Source: Candidatus Dojkabacteria bacterium
GTDB taxonomy: Bacteria > Patescibacteriota > Dojkabacteria > J137
Assembly (NCBI GenBank): GCA_030834985.1
Contig: JAUQWV010000001.1
Span: 120,979-184,978 of the forward strand
Reading direction: 5' to 3'
Length of the DNA: 64,000 nt
Shown here: one piece after another, positions 9,051-17,467 of the stretch
How positions within the stretch are numbered: position 1 is the stretch's first letter
Layout: every line of letters starts with the position of its first letter
Translations under genes and position numbers: made by a program
Notes under the pieces: model-generated
The model's database searches: none
Seen by the model: the letters and a program-made list of their open reading frames with translations, nothing else
What the model was told of the DNA's origin: nothing

Positions 9051-9905
9051 ATGACTAAACCTGAGAATTCTAAATTAATCGTATTAGATATTGATAACAC
9101 TATAAATACTAAAAATCTAAATGGAGAGATTCAATTAGTTAAAGAATTTATAGACTTACATACTAAGATCGATTTAAAGAAGAATATTAAAATTGCTTAT
9201 AATACAACTAGGGGAATCTCTCGGGTTTTGGAAATGCTAAAAGGTGAACAGGAATATTTCGGTAATGGAGTAATATCAGCATTAAATGGTTCTTTGATCT
9301 ACGATCTTAAAGGTATGCAACAACTTGAAGGTTATACTATCTCAAATGATATTAGAAAAATGTTGTCGGAATGGTTTATAAAAAACACAGATATAACATT
9401 TATGGCATTTTATACTAATAACGATATATATGGTCATGTATATTTGAAAGATGCTAATAATGTTGATGAGTTCTATAAATTGCATGAATCTTCTTTTAAT
9501 CATGAGAAATATAGATGTATATCTGATCCTAAAATCTTTGCTTCATGGATTGAACAAAAAGATATCAATATGATTGAATTCAAAACGGCTGATGAAAATA
9601 AAACAAATGAATTTTTGATTAATAATCCCAACATAAACTTCTCCTTTGATGGACATTTTTATATTAATCCTAAAGGTATAAATAAAGGATCAGGGTTAAG
9701 AGATTTAATAAGATTTATTTATAGAGATGAAACTAATTTGGATATTATAGTTGCTGGTGATTCTAAAACAGATTTAGCAATGTTTCTGGATTCAAACTAT
9801 ATGAATATTATTGTCGGAGAAAGACTACCAGAAATTAGAAATGAGAATTATACAAAAGTAAAAGATCCAAAAGAACTTTGCAGTATTTTAAGTAGCTTAT
9901 TATGA
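9051..9905 (+). CDS. HAD-superfamily hydrolase, Cof/IIB-type phosphatase
   Basis: Motif I LIVLDIDNTI (DxDxT), C-terminal IVAGDSKTDLAMF (GDxxxD), and a cap-domain-sized insert. Confidence 0.65.
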   Translation: MTKPENSKLIVLDIDNTINTKNLNGEIQLVKEFIDLHTKIDLKKNIKIAYNTTRGISRVLEMLKGEQEYFGNGVISALNGSLIYDLKGMQQLEGYTISNDIRKMLSEWFIKNTDITFMAFYTNNDIYGHVYLKDANNVDEFYKLHESSFNHEKYRCISDPKIFASWIEQKDINMIEFKTADENKTNEFLINNPNINFSFDGHFYINPKGINKGSGLRDLIRFIYRDETNLDIIVAGDSKTDLAMFLDSNYMNIIVGERLPEIRNENYTKVKDPKELCSILSSLL

Positions 9906-10813
9906 ACATATCCAGCAAAACAAAAGTTAACAGTGTATATCAATTGCCTGCTAATAAAAATGAATTATCAAAATTATCTGATATTACTACACTTGGGAAA
10001 ACATATAGCCTAATGAAATATGGCTCTCGGTTAGCAATCAGAGATTTCGCAGAACTAATATATAGCCAATACGAGAAGGACTTTGATTACAAAGATGGTG
10101 ATTTGTATATAACATCTACTCTAACCTCAGATATTGATTCCAGCTCACACTTTATTGCAAGGGAACTTCAAGAGATTATCAATAGAAAAAGATTAAAACT
10201 TAACCTCAAATCTTGTAAATATATTGAACTACTTGCACGAAAAAAAATACTTATTAGTAGCGATTACGGAAAAGTACAGAATAAAAAAGATAGAATTCAA
10301 TCACAAGGTAATATGGAACTTATAACATATCCAAATCTTAAGTCTGATGATTTACTACTTGTTATTAATGATTGTTTCGTGACCGGTGCTCAATGGGAAC
10401 TACAAGAAGAATTATTGAGAAGTAATAGGTTAACCTCTCTTATTAATTATTACTATATTATTAAATTTACTGAATCAAAAGGTAGCTTTGATATTAGTGT
10501 AGAAGACTTATTGAACAACTATGAAGTTAATAATGATTTAGATTTCTTAAATTTAATTATTAAGCTTTCGAAAGACAAACAGTTAACTTGGAATAAAAGA
10601 ACATTATTAAGGTCACTAAACCTTAATCAAAAACATTTTGAACTATTTATAGATGGGTTGAGAGTCGAAGATTTAGAAACTCTTTGTAATAATTCAGTAT
10701 TATCAGATACTCATCTTGTAAATAACGGAGAGTTTTTAGGCAAAATTGATTATATGTTCAATGTGTTGAAGAATAAAATCCAGAGAGAAGGATTCGAACC
10801 TCCGAAGCCCTAA
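9902..10813 (+). CDS. hypothetical protein with type I phosphoribosyltransferase-like PRPP motif
   Basis: SDDLLLVINDCFVTGAQ resembles the PRTase PRPP-binding loop. The last ~35 nt overlap tRNA-Tyr on the opposite strand, and the C-terminal ...REGFEPPKP is the antisense translation of the tRNA T-arm. Confidence 0.4.
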   Translation: MNISSKTKVNSVYQLPANKNELSKLSDITTLGKTYSLMKYGSRLAIRDFAELIYSQYEKDFDYKDGDLYITSTLTSDIDSSSHFIARELQEIINRKRLKLNLKSCKYIELLARKKILISSDYGKVQNKKDRIQSQGNMELITYPNLKSDDLLLVINDCFVTGAQWELQEELLRSNRLTSLINYYYIIKFTESKGSFDISVEDLLNNYEVNNDLDFLNLIIKLSKDKQLTWNKRTLLRSLNLNQKHFELFIDGLRVEDLETLCNNSVLSDTHLVNNGEFLGKIDYMFNVLKNKIQREGFEPPKP

Positions 10814-10862
10814 GGACGCCTGATTTACAGTCAGGTGCGATTGACCGCTCCGCCATCTCTGG
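10779..10862 (-). tRNA. tRNA-Tyr (GTA), long variable arm, no encoded CCA
   Basis: Minus strand reads CCAGAGA-TG-GCGG-AGCGGTCAA-TCGC-A-CCTGA-CTGTAAA-TCAGG-(15 nt variable arm)-GGAGG-TTCGAAT-CCTTC-TCTCTGG-A. Confidence 0.8.
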
Positions 10863-10991
10863 ATATGAGAAAGTATAACAAAAAGTGGGCTATTTTAGTA
10901 TGTGATGTTACGATAATACAAGACTTTTTGATGAAAAAAGTTTAAAATTAGCCAAATAAAATTAAGAATACTATTTATTCATAAAGAACGT

Positions 10992-12116
10992 ATGTTAGAC
11001 AATCTAAAAAATATAACAGAAGAAATTCTAGGAGAAGAAAGACTCGTAGAGCTATTAAATTCTAATATACAACCAGTACACTATATTGGATTTGAAATAT
11101 CAGGAAAACCTCATATCGGTTCAGGTATTGTTACCATGATGGTTATAAAGGAGCTATTGAAGCTAAATGTTAAATGTAAGATATTTTTAGCTGATTGGCA
11201 TTCATGGATTAATAACAAACTAGGAGGAGACATCGATTTTATAAGAGAGGTGGGCATCCCTTATTTTAAAGAAAACATTTTAGCTGCAGCAAAATGCGTA
11301 GGCGTTGATCCATCTAATATCGAATTTGTAATTGGTTCCGACCTTGCAAAAGATATGCAATATTGGGCTACTGTAGTAGATGTTGGTAGAAATACCAGTC
11401 TATCTAGAATTCAAAGAAGTATTACCATTATGGGTAGAAAGGAAGGAGATAGTGTGGATTTTGCGAAATTAATGTACCCAGCCATGCAAGCAGCAGATAT
11501 TTTCTACATGGGTATACATATCGCTCACGCTGGTATGGATCAACGTAAGGCACATGTTATTGCTATTGATGATGCAAATCATATGGACATAAATCCAATA
11601 ATAGTAAATGAGAAAAAATTTAAACCAGTAGCAGTTCATCAGCATTTACTGATGGGCCTTACTCCTCCATCAAAAGAGATATTAGAACGTATTGAAAAAG
11701 GAGAAATTTCTCCAAAAGATGTTTTAGGGGAATTAAAGATGAGTAAAAGTAAGCCAGACAGTGCTATTTTTATGAATGACTCAGAAGAAGAAGTTATTAG
11801 AAAGATTAACAAAGCTTATTGCCCTGAGGGAATTACTGTTTTAAATCCCGTTTTAGATTGGGTAGAAAACTTGTGTTTTAAATTCTCCAATTCAGAGATC
11901 AATATTCTAAGAGATGAGAAATGGGGAGGAAATATTACCTACAAAACATATGAAGAGCTAAAGAATGATTTTGAACAAAAGAAATTACACCCAAGTGATT
12001 TAAAGAAGGCAGTAGCACTATTTATAAATGATTTCCTTAGACCTGCCAGAGAGCATTTGTCCAAGCAAGAGATTGTTGAAATGGCAAAGAAAATAGAAGA
12101 AAAGGTAACTAGGTAA
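10992..12116 (+). CDS. tyrS: tyrosyl-tRNA synthetase, archaeal/eukaryal type
   Basis: HYIGFEISGKPHIGSG (HIGH region), ELKMSKSKPDSAIFMNDSEEEVIRKINKAYCPEG (KMSKS plus the archaeal-type TyrRS tail). ~374 aa with no bacterial-type C-terminal S4 domain. Confidence 0.8.
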   Translation: MLDNLKNITEEILGEERLVELLNSNIQPVHYIGFEISGKPHIGSGIVTMMVIKELLKLNVKCKIFLADWHSWINNKLGGDIDFIREVGIPYFKENILAAAKCVGVDPSNIEFVIGSDLAKDMQYWATVVDVGRNTSLSRIQRSITIMGRKEGDSVDFAKLMYPAMQAADIFYMGIHIAHAGMDQRKAHVIAIDDANHMDINPIIVNEKKFKPVAVHQHLLMGLTPPSKEILERIEKGEISPKDVLGELKMSKSKPDSAIFMNDSEEEVIRKINKAYCPEGITVLNPVLDWVENLCFKFSNSEINILRDEKWGGNITYKTYEELKNDFEQKKLHPSDLKKAVALFINDFLRPAREHLSKQEIVEMAKKIEEKVTR

Positions 12117-12749
12117 ATGAATAACTTTGAAATAGATAAAAAACAATTTACTTTTAAATATAATGATAAGAATTCAAAAATTCTTATCATTACAGGACCA
12201 AGGTCAGTTGGAAAAACTACACTTGCAAAACAATTTTATGAATCTATAGGTATAGATTTTCTGGATCTCGATGATTTAGTTAATGAGAAGCTGAGTGAAT
12301 TCTTTAAGTCTGGTTCCAAAACACCTTTAGAACAAGCTATGGAGGCAAAAAACTATGACTTAATAGAAAGTATAGTTAGAGATATTGTTCAGAGTTTTGA
12401 TAATATAAACCAAGCTACTGCCATTGCTTTTGCAGGAGGAGCGTATACAGGATACCAAGGGTTATCAGGAGATTTAAAATCGAAATTTATTACAATAGGA
12501 TTAATTCCATACGAGAATGACGATGAACTATCAGTAAAATTGCTAATTGAAAGAGAATCTAATCGGGAGCATTTCAAAAAACTTATTGATGAAGGGAAGT
12601 TAGATATGGAAACTTTATCTAATCGAGTACGAAATGATTATATTAAAGTAAATACTTATCTAAGAGCAAATACAATAGATGAATTAATTTTTATCCAACA
12701 AAAGACACCTATCGAAATAATGAACCAGGTGTTGGATTTATTAAAGTAG
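12117..12749 (+). CDS. P-loop kinase (shikimate/adenylate-kinase-like fold)
   Basis: Walker A ILIITGPRSVGKTTLAKQF followed by LDLDD. Its start overlaps the tyrS stop codon. Confidence 0.45.
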   Translation: MNNFEIDKKQFTFKYNDKNSKILIITGPRSVGKTTLAKQFYESIGIDFLDLDDLVNEKLSEFFKSGSKTPLEQAMEAKNYDLIESIVRDIVQSFDNINQATAIAFAGGAYTGYQGLSGDLKSKFITIGLIPYENDDELSVKLLIERESNREHFKKLIDEGKLDMETLSNRVRNDYIKVNTYLRANTIDELIFIQQKTPIEIMNQVLDLLK

Positions 12750-12752
12750 AAT

Positions 12753-13310
12753 ATGAAATATTTAGAGTATAAATTCGATAACTATAATATATTAGTTAGA
12801 AATATTGAAGAAGCTCAACGAATTGTAAACGAAAAGTTTGAAAAAGAGGAAGAGTTCTTTACAGATCCAGCTGACCCACGATTATTAACCTTACCTACTA
12901 TTAATACTGACGCATACATTCAAAAGGTGGGTGTAGATCAAAATAATCAAATAGCAGTCCCTGATAATATTCATTTAGCTGGCTGGTATATAAATAGTGT
13001 TAAACCAGGTGAAAAAGGCTTGAGTATAATAGATGGACACGTAGACGGCTTATTCAATCCTGGGGTTTTCCGTAACTTAAAAGAGCTTAAACAGGAAGAT
13101 ATTTTTACTATTGAATATGGTAATGGTAGTATCTATACATTTAAAGTTGTAGATAAAAAAGAAATTTCTACTGAAGATGCTGCAAAAGTTTTATTTTCAA
13201 AAAATCCTGGTATAGTAAGCCAGTTGAATTTAATTACCTGTGTTGGAGTATTCGATCCGTCAGTCCAAAGTTACGACAAAAGATTAATTGTAATTGCCGA
13301 AAAAATATAG
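12753..13310 (+). CDS. sortase-family transpeptidase-like protein with no N-terminal membrane anchor
   Basis: The catalytic triad is present in order: His (IIDGHVDG), Cys in LNLITCVG (TLxTC-like), and Arg 14 residues later (YDKRLIV). No hydrophobic N-terminus. Confidence 0.5.
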   Translation: MKYLEYKFDNYNILVRNIEEAQRIVNEKFEKEEEFFTDPADPRLLTLPTINTDAYIQKVGVDQNNQIAVPDNIHLAGWYINSVKPGEKGLSIIDGHVDGLFNPGVFRNLKELKQEDIFTIEYGNGSIYTFKVVDKKEISTEDAAKVLFSKNPGIVSQLNLITCVGVFDPSVQSYDKRLIVIAEKI

Positions 13311-13312
13311 AT

Positions 13313-13708
13313 ATGGATACTAAAGTTGTAACTAGAGTATTTATAGAAAATGAGGAAGGAGCTGTAATGTTGGGTAAGAGAACTAAAGGTGCAGGCGCTA
13401 AACAATGGGCTCTTATTGGTGGTAAACCTAATGAAGGAGAAGAGTTATCTGAAACTGTTGTCAGAGAAGTGAAAGAAGAAACGGGTCTGGATTTTGAACC
13501 TCTATATATTGGAAAAATAATAGATGCAAGTTTTGATGCAGATAGCCCTTGGCATGTATACTTGTTTAAAGGAAAAGCTACCGGAGAACTTAACCTTGAT
13601 TTAGATGAGATTTTAGAAATCATCTATGTTACTAAGGCGGACATAGATGGCCTAGATATCGCTTTTAATCACAAAGATTTGCTATTGGAATTCTTTGGCG
13701 AATCATAA
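13313..13708 (+). CDS. NUDIX hydrolase
   Basis: Nudix box GGKPNEGEELSETVVREVKEETGL (Gx5Ex7REUxEExGU). Confidence 0.8.
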   Translation: MDTKVVTRVFIENEEGAVMLGKRTKGAGAKQWALIGGKPNEGEELSETVVREVKEETGLDFEPLYIGKIIDASFDADSPWHVYLFKGKATGELNLDLDEILEIIYVTKADIDGLDIAFNHKDLLLEFFGES

Positions 13709-14750
13709 TTATTATATGGAACAACTAAATACAATACTTTCTTCAGCTAAAAAAGTATTTATAACGTCGCACCTTAAGCCAGATACAGATGCAGTCTCTT
13801 GTTTATTAGCTATGCATTATTATGTATCTCAAGTTTATCCTAATGTGCAGGCAGCTGCTTATCTTAGTGGTGAAATGACAGATTCTTTAAATGAACTTTA
13901 TGGATTTAGTCAAATTAAATGGGTAGCTGATATTTCAGGTTATGTTAATGAATACGATACATTAATATTTGTAGATGCTTCTCAATTACATCGATTCACT
14001 ATAAATCCAGATAAAATAGACCTAACTAAATTTAAGTCTATATGTTTTGACCATCATAATAACGAACCTTCTAAATTTACTTATATTGTTAATGAGTTTA
14101 ATGAACCTTCATGTTCTCAGGTATTATATAAACATCTATTTAAAGAACGCAGTGACCTACTGAATCCGGCAATTGGAGAGGTTTTGCTGACAGGGATAAT
14201 GGGAGATACAGGATCTTTAAGATACATTGGCAGCAAAACCTCAAATACTCTACTTTTAGTTAAGGAATTACTTGATGCTACTGGTTTGCAGATTAAAACT
14301 ATTCAGGAAAAGTATTTTGGATATCCAGTATCAGATTGGGAGATTATCACGGCGTTAATAACCAATACAAGGCTTGTATCTGACTATCAACACCCATTTT
14401 TATACTCTTATTTACCACTTGAATTTCTAGATAAGTATTCAACTAATACAATTAAACAAGCAAAAAATAAATTTTTGTTTTTAGTTAGCGGCACGATTAA
14501 AGGATATAAATGGGGATTTGTAGCTACTCCAGACACTTTAAAGAATGTAAATCTTTCATTTAGATCAGGTCCAGATTCTGTTAATGTAAGGCTTTTAGCA
14601 GAACAGTACTTTAATGGCGGTGGCCATGATCAAACTAGTGGTGGCGAGGTAGTATTATCTGATAATCAGACAGTCGAAGATCTTGTTTATAAGATGGAAA
14701 GTCAAATCAAATCGCTCTCTGATTTACCATTAATCGTGAAAACTCCATAG
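13695..14750 (+). CDS. DHH-DHHA1 phosphoesterase (NrnA-like oligoribonuclease / pAp phosphatase)
   Basis: DHH motif CFDHHNNEP, the Asp-rich FVDASQ motif, and the DHHA1 GGGH motif (NGGGHDQTSGG). Confidence 0.75.
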   Translation: MANHNYYMEQLNTILSSAKKVFITSHLKPDTDAVSCLLAMHYYVSQVYPNVQAAAYLSGEMTDSLNELYGFSQIKWVADISGYVNEYDTLIFVDASQLHRFTINPDKIDLTKFKSICFDHHNNEPSKFTYIVNEFNEPSCSQVLYKHLFKERSDLLNPAIGEVLLTGIMGDTGSLRYIGSKTSNTLLLVKELLDATGLQIKTIQEKYFGYPVSDWEIITALITNTRLVSDYQHPFLYSYLPLEFLDKYSTNTIKQAKNKFLFLVSGTIKGYKWGFVATPDTLKNVNLSFRSGPDSVNVRLLAEQYFNGGGHDQTSGGEVVLSDNQTVEDLVYKMESQIKSLSDLPLIVKTP

Positions 14751-14786
14751 ATTGACGAATTTTCTTAGGAAATTTGTGAAAACATC

Positions 14787-14815
14787 TTGCATTAGTCTTT
14801 CTCATGTACTACAAT
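14787..14815 (+). promoter_or_regulatory. putative sigma70-like promoter TTGCAT-17-TACAAT
   Basis: Hexamers read from the sequence in the 330 bp gap upstream of the GC-rich ABC exporter. Confidence 0.3.
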
Positions 14816-14908
14816 AAAACTTATCATTTTTACAGAATTATATCTATTTAATGACAAGAATTATTAAACTAACAATTAATAACTACGGGCAAGACTTTGC
14901 GCGTATAT

Positions 14909-14942
14909 CTTGTCGGATTTAACTTTCGTTACCTCCGACAAG
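14909..14942 (+). promoter_or_regulatory. GC-rich leader hairpin (cttgtcgga...tccgacaag, 9 bp stem) in the 5' region of the ABC exporter
   Basis: Perfect inverted repeat; the leader 14880..15082 is visibly more GC-rich than the surrounding intergenic DNA. Confidence 0.3.
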
Positions 14943-15082
14943 CCACTTTGGATTGGTCGGAAGGTTTGAATTACTACATACAAAAGACGTTGATTTCCTC
15001 CAAAGGTGGTTTGACGGGTGTAATGAGCTTACGCAAGTAGCTTAAGCACCTTGCTGTTTAACAACCTATTCTAAGGAGACGT

Positions 15083-16969
15083 GTGATGAAGCAGTATCGG
15101 CGTTCGCAGTACAAAAAGCTCTCAAAGCAAGGTGCTTTACATAGCTTCTTGGCTATCCTTTGGGAGTATCGGGCGTTTATGTACGTTCCGGCATTTTTTG
15201 TTTTAATGCTGGAGCTGGCACAGATGGGGGCAAGGGTCTTTATTTCAGAGATTCTTACCCGAATTGAGTTGGCTGACTGGGGAGTACTTGGCGTTCTGCT
15301 GATTTCTCTCTTTGCCTACAACATGCTCACTTTGCTTCTTGACGTTAAGATGGTACGAGCAGTCATTGAAAAGGTCGGCTATGACTTTGCATTTGCATTC
15401 GAAAATCGAGTCATAAGCCACGTAATTCGGCTAGGTCATACTTTCAATTCATCATTTCCTATCTCTGTAACCCTAGATAGGATCTCTAAGATTGAAAGGG
15501 TGTCTGACCTTGTTGAACAGGGCTTTTGGGCTTTGTTTAACAACCTGTTTCAAGGTGCAATAAGCATTGTGGTACTGGCAATCTACTTGCCACAGGCAGT
15601 TCCAATTGTAATCATTGTGTTCTTCCTGTTCCTTCGGTTCAATGGGCACATGATTGCAAAGCAGGGAGTTGTAAGGCGCCGGCGAAAAGATCGAGGTGAG
15701 GATAAAGCAGAAACTCGAATGAGACTGATTTCAGCAAATACTACTCTGCTCTCTAACAATGCGTTAGACCGGACAGAGGAAGAGGTATTTGCTCAGTCTA
15801 GAAATCTAAAGCGTGTGGGAATCCTTGAGTTGCTCTATGTTCTTCGGGGCAATGGGATAATCAGGGACATCCTTCTGTACTTTGGTCGGTTCTCGGTACT
15901 TTCATTTGCAGTGTACATGGCACAAATCAAACTGATAGACATCCCTAAGCTGGTTCTAATCTATACAGTAAGCGAGACCATGTTTATTGGTCTTTGGGGT
16001 GTTGTAAGGTTTATCTATTCGTTCATGTACGAAAGCCCGTCGATAATTAAAATCGATGAGCTGATGGCTATTAAGCCAACTGTAACAGAGCCTGAAAGTG
16101 CTGTGACCATTCCAAGCGGTCCTTTGGGATATTCTCTGCAAGGAGTAAGCTTTACCTACAAGGGAATCGAAAGTAAGTCAGAAAAACAGGAGAATCCGTT
16201 CTTTACGGAAGCTCTGAAGAAAGCGAATGCACTACGTCTGCAACTTGGCCTTGAAGAATATGTAGAAAGAAAAGAGGAGGAGAAGCCGCAGCATTTATGC
16301 GGACTTACTCTTAACATACTTCCAGGTCAAAAGGTTGCTCTGGTCGGGCAAAGCGGTTCGGGTAAAAGCACTCTAGCGCTGATGCTTTCTAAGCTTCAGC
16401 TGGCGGATACTGGCGAAGTTTATGTAAACGGTATCGAGATGAGAGAGCTTAACGGCTATGAACTCCGTTCCAGAATCGCTGTTGTACCTCAAGGCAGCAA
16501 TGTTGATATCTTCAACGATAGTCTACTTTACAATATCACATTGGGTGATCCGAGCTTCACCGAGCAAGATGTTATTGAAGCGTTAAAGGTAGCTGAGCTG
16601 TGGGATACAGTTTGTCAGTGGCCTTTGATGATCTTTGAAACTATCGGGGAGCGCGGGCGTACATTGTCGGGCGGTCAGCAGCAAAGGGTCGCAATCGCCC
16701 GCGCTGCAATCCGTAAACCTGACCTCATCATTCTAGATGAGGCTACAAGCGCATTGGATACTCAAACAGAGCGTGCAGTTCAGGATTCGCTAAATAAGCT
16801 GCTTGATGGACGAACAGCAATAATCATTGCTCACAGGTTATCCACAATTAAGGATGTGGATAAGATTGTAGTGATGAAAGACGGCTGTATAGTTGAAGAA
16901 GGCAGCTGGAACGAATTGGTCGGTCAAGACGGCGAATTTGCCGCGCTTGTAGATGCGCAAACCCTATAG
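15083..16969 (+). CDS. ABC transporter, fused permease/ATP-binding protein (exporter type), GC-rich
   Basis: N-terminal multi-TM domain; NBD with LVGQSGSGKSTLALML (Walker A), LSGGQQQRVAIARAA (signature), IILDEATSALD (Walker B) and IAHRLST (H-loop). RBS aaggagacgtgtgATG. Confidence 0.8.
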   Translation: MMKQYRRSQYKKLSKQGALHSFLAILWEYRAFMYVPAFFVLMLELAQMGARVFISEILTRIELADWGVLGVLLISLFAYNMLTLLLDVKMVRAVIEKVGYDFAFAFENRVISHVIRLGHTFNSSFPISVTLDRISKIERVSDLVEQGFWALFNNLFQGAISIVVLAIYLPQAVPIVIIVFFLFLRFNGHMIAKQGVVRRRRKDRGEDKAETRMRLISANTTLLSNNALDRTEEEVFAQSRNLKRVGILELLYVLRGNGIIRDILLYFGRFSVLSFAVYMAQIKLIDIPKLVLIYTVSETMFIGLWGVVRFIYSFMYESPSIIKIDELMAIKPTVTEPESAVTIPSGPLGYSLQGVSFTYKGIESKSEKQENPFFTEALKKANALRLQLGLEEYVERKEEEKPQHLCGLTLNILPGQKVALVGQSGSGKSTLALMLSKLQLADTGEVYVNGIEMRELNGYELRSRIAVVPQGSNVDIFNDSLLYNITLGDPSFTEQDVIEALKVAELWDTVCQWPLMIFETIGERGRTLSGGQQQRVAIARAAIRKPDLIILDEATSALDTQTERAVQDSLNKLLDGRTAIIIAHRLSTIKDVDKIVVMKDGCIVEEGSWNELVGQDGEFAALVDAQTL

Positions 16970-16992
16970 AATAAGGGGAATAGCAATAAAGA

Positions 16993-17021
16993 GGGGACGA
17001 CCACTTTGGGTGGTCGTCCCC
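16993..17021 (+). terminator. hairpin ggggacgaccac-tttgg-gtggtcgtcccc downstream of the ABC exporter
   Basis: 12 bp perfect GC-rich stem; only a weak T-tract follows. Confidence 0.45.
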
Positions 17022-17098
17022 GTAACCCTACATTTATTATACCATAGTCGGCGATAGTTTAACGTCTATCTGGTGGTTTAAGTAACAAAAAGTTACGA

Positions 17099-17392
17099 TT
17101 ATTCAACACCTACTTCATCTATTTCAGGAAAAACTTTTCTGACTTCACCCCAAAATTTTTCTGCTAATTTAGAGGTATAGTTGCCGAAGCCGGCACCTTC
17201 AGATCTACCGCATAGGATGCTTTCGTAATGACGGATTATTGCAATTATTTTTTCACCTTGTTTATTAAACTCTGCTCTATTCGACTTTGGATCTACCGAA
17301 AACTTAGCGTGTGTAACCATAAATTGTTCTAGTTCTGATTTATGATCAGTCCACATATCTTCAAATACTTTTTTAAATTTTGCTTGTGCCAT
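17099..17392 (-). CDS. hypothetical protein (97 aa)
   Basis: Intact ORF, no motif recognised. Confidence 0.45.
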   Translation of the reverse strand: MAQAKFKKVFEDMWTDHKSELEQFMVTHAKFSVDPKSNRAEFNKQGEKIIAIIRHYESILCGRSEGAGFGNYTSKLAEKFWGEVRKVFPEIDEVGVE

Positions 17393-17467
17393 ATATTTTA
17401 AATTTTATCATGAGAGGTAATTATTCACTTTTCTCTGCTAAAATACGAGTATATCAAATAATAAATT

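Noticed and set aside
4390-10862. Integrase, transposase or direct repeats proving the interval is a mobile island
   Set aside because: No integrase or transposase-like ORF is present, and the shared ggttcgaatcc between the two flanking tRNAs is just the generic T-loop, so mobility is unproven and the interval is called only a tRNA-bracketed accessory region.
13234-13623. 129 aa minus-strand ORF
   Set aside because: It is antisense to the motif-supported sortase-like and NUDIX genes and is Ser/Pro-rich low complexity.
14880-15082. Known riboswitch class in the GC-rich ABC-exporter leader
   Set aside because: I could not match it to any riboswitch consensus I know (no T-box, TPP, SAM, FMN, glycine or purine signatures); it is reported only as a structured leader.
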